Positions 63,598 through 64,000 of a stretch of DNA of 64,000 nt are shown piece by piece. Source of the stretch: Candidatus Krumholzibacteriia bacterium (GTDB lineage Bacteria > Krumholzibacteriota > Krumholzibacteriia > JAJRXK01). The notes beneath the pieces are model-generated. The model searched no databases and had not been told where the DNA came from. It saw nothing but the letters and a program-made list of their open reading frames with translations. The stretch lies in NCBI GenBank assembly GCA_035268685.1, contig DATFKK010000170.1, positions 11,708 through 75,707 of the forward strand, given 5' to 3'. How positions within the stretch are numbered: position 1 is the first letter of the stretch; each line of letters starts with the position of its first letter. The translations under genes were made by a program, and so were the position numbers.

Positions 63598-64000
63598 ATG
63601 AAGGCTCTACTGTTCGATGCCTACAATTGCGTCGGTTGCGGGGAGTGCTCTCTGGCCTGCCAGGAAGAGAACGGACTCCCCGAAGAGGCCGAACCTGGAC
63701 TGTCGGCTGCACGCTTCACCGCGATCGAGGACCACGACGACATCTACCTGCGCCGCATGTGCATGCACTGTGTCGAGCCGAGCTGCGCCTCGGCCTGCCC
63801 GGTGGGGGCCCTGAAGAAGAGCGAAGAGGGGCCCGTCACCTACGACTTCGACATCTGCATCGGCTGCCGGTACTGCATGGTCGCCTGCCCGTTCCAGATC
63901 CCGCGCTACACCTGGGACTCGCTGACGCCGCGCGTCCAGAAGTGCCAGATGTGCCCACAGCGCCTGGCCCAGGGCAAGCAGACGGCATGTGCGGAGGCCT
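63598..64000 (+). CDS. 4Fe-4S dicluster protein of the NrfC/DmsB/PsrB type (partial, continues past the window end)
   Basis: Open at the right edge, so not in the track. MKALLFDAYNCVGCGECSLACQEENG .. CMHCVEPSCASACPVGAL .. CIGCRYCMVACPFQIP .. CQMCPQRL. No twin-arginine signal at the N-terminus. Confidence 0.8.
   Translation, partial: MKALLFDAYNCVGCGECSLACQEENGLPEEAEPGLSAARFTAIEDHDDIYLRRMCMHCVEPSCASACPVGALKKSEEGPVTYDFDICIGCRYCMVACPFQIPRYTWDSLTPRVQKCQMCPQRLAQGKQTACAEA

Overview
Very GC-rich bacterial chromosomal window, densely coding on both strands. I saw no rRNA, CRISPR array, transposase or integrase. Many long ORFs in the track are antisense shadows typical of high-GC DNA. I kept only frames with recognisable family motifs, signal peptides or start/stop coupling. 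Left to right: (1) a minus-strand cassette of ECF sigma, anti-sigma, an exported TPR-CHAT protease and a HAF-repeat secreted protein, with a shared 34-nt upstream motif; (2) recC-recB-recD; (3) a deacetylase fused to a GNAT-like domain; (4) a coupled dinB / truncated dead Pol III alpha-like / lexA operon behind a promoter with palindromic operators; (5) tRNA-Glu; (6) housekeeping genes (metallophosphoesterase, hemB, sufE, M17 aminopeptidase) and an Rrf2-sufBCDS-sufT operon; (7) secreted proteins (DUF3160-like, S8 peptidase, CRTAC1/ASPIC-like, di-haem peroxidase, M1 peptidase), three sharing a PNPFNP-type C-terminal domain; (8) a PaaI thioesterase and a WYL regulator; (9) a peptide/sugar catabolic operon and a YfcC transporter; (10) an RND efflux operon (adaptor plus two permeases, no outer-membrane factor) followed by an AbgT transporter; (11) a cytochrome locus running off the right edge: a tetrahaem c, an 11-haem c fused to a cytochrome b, a membrane-anchored GcvH-like protein and an NrfC/DmsB-type ferredoxin. 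The most unusual items are the dinB/dead-DnaE-fragment/lexA operon, the CRISPR-free TPR-CHAT/anti-sigma/ECF-sigma cassette and the cytochrome locus. All family calls come from motif recognition by eye and need HMM or structure searches.
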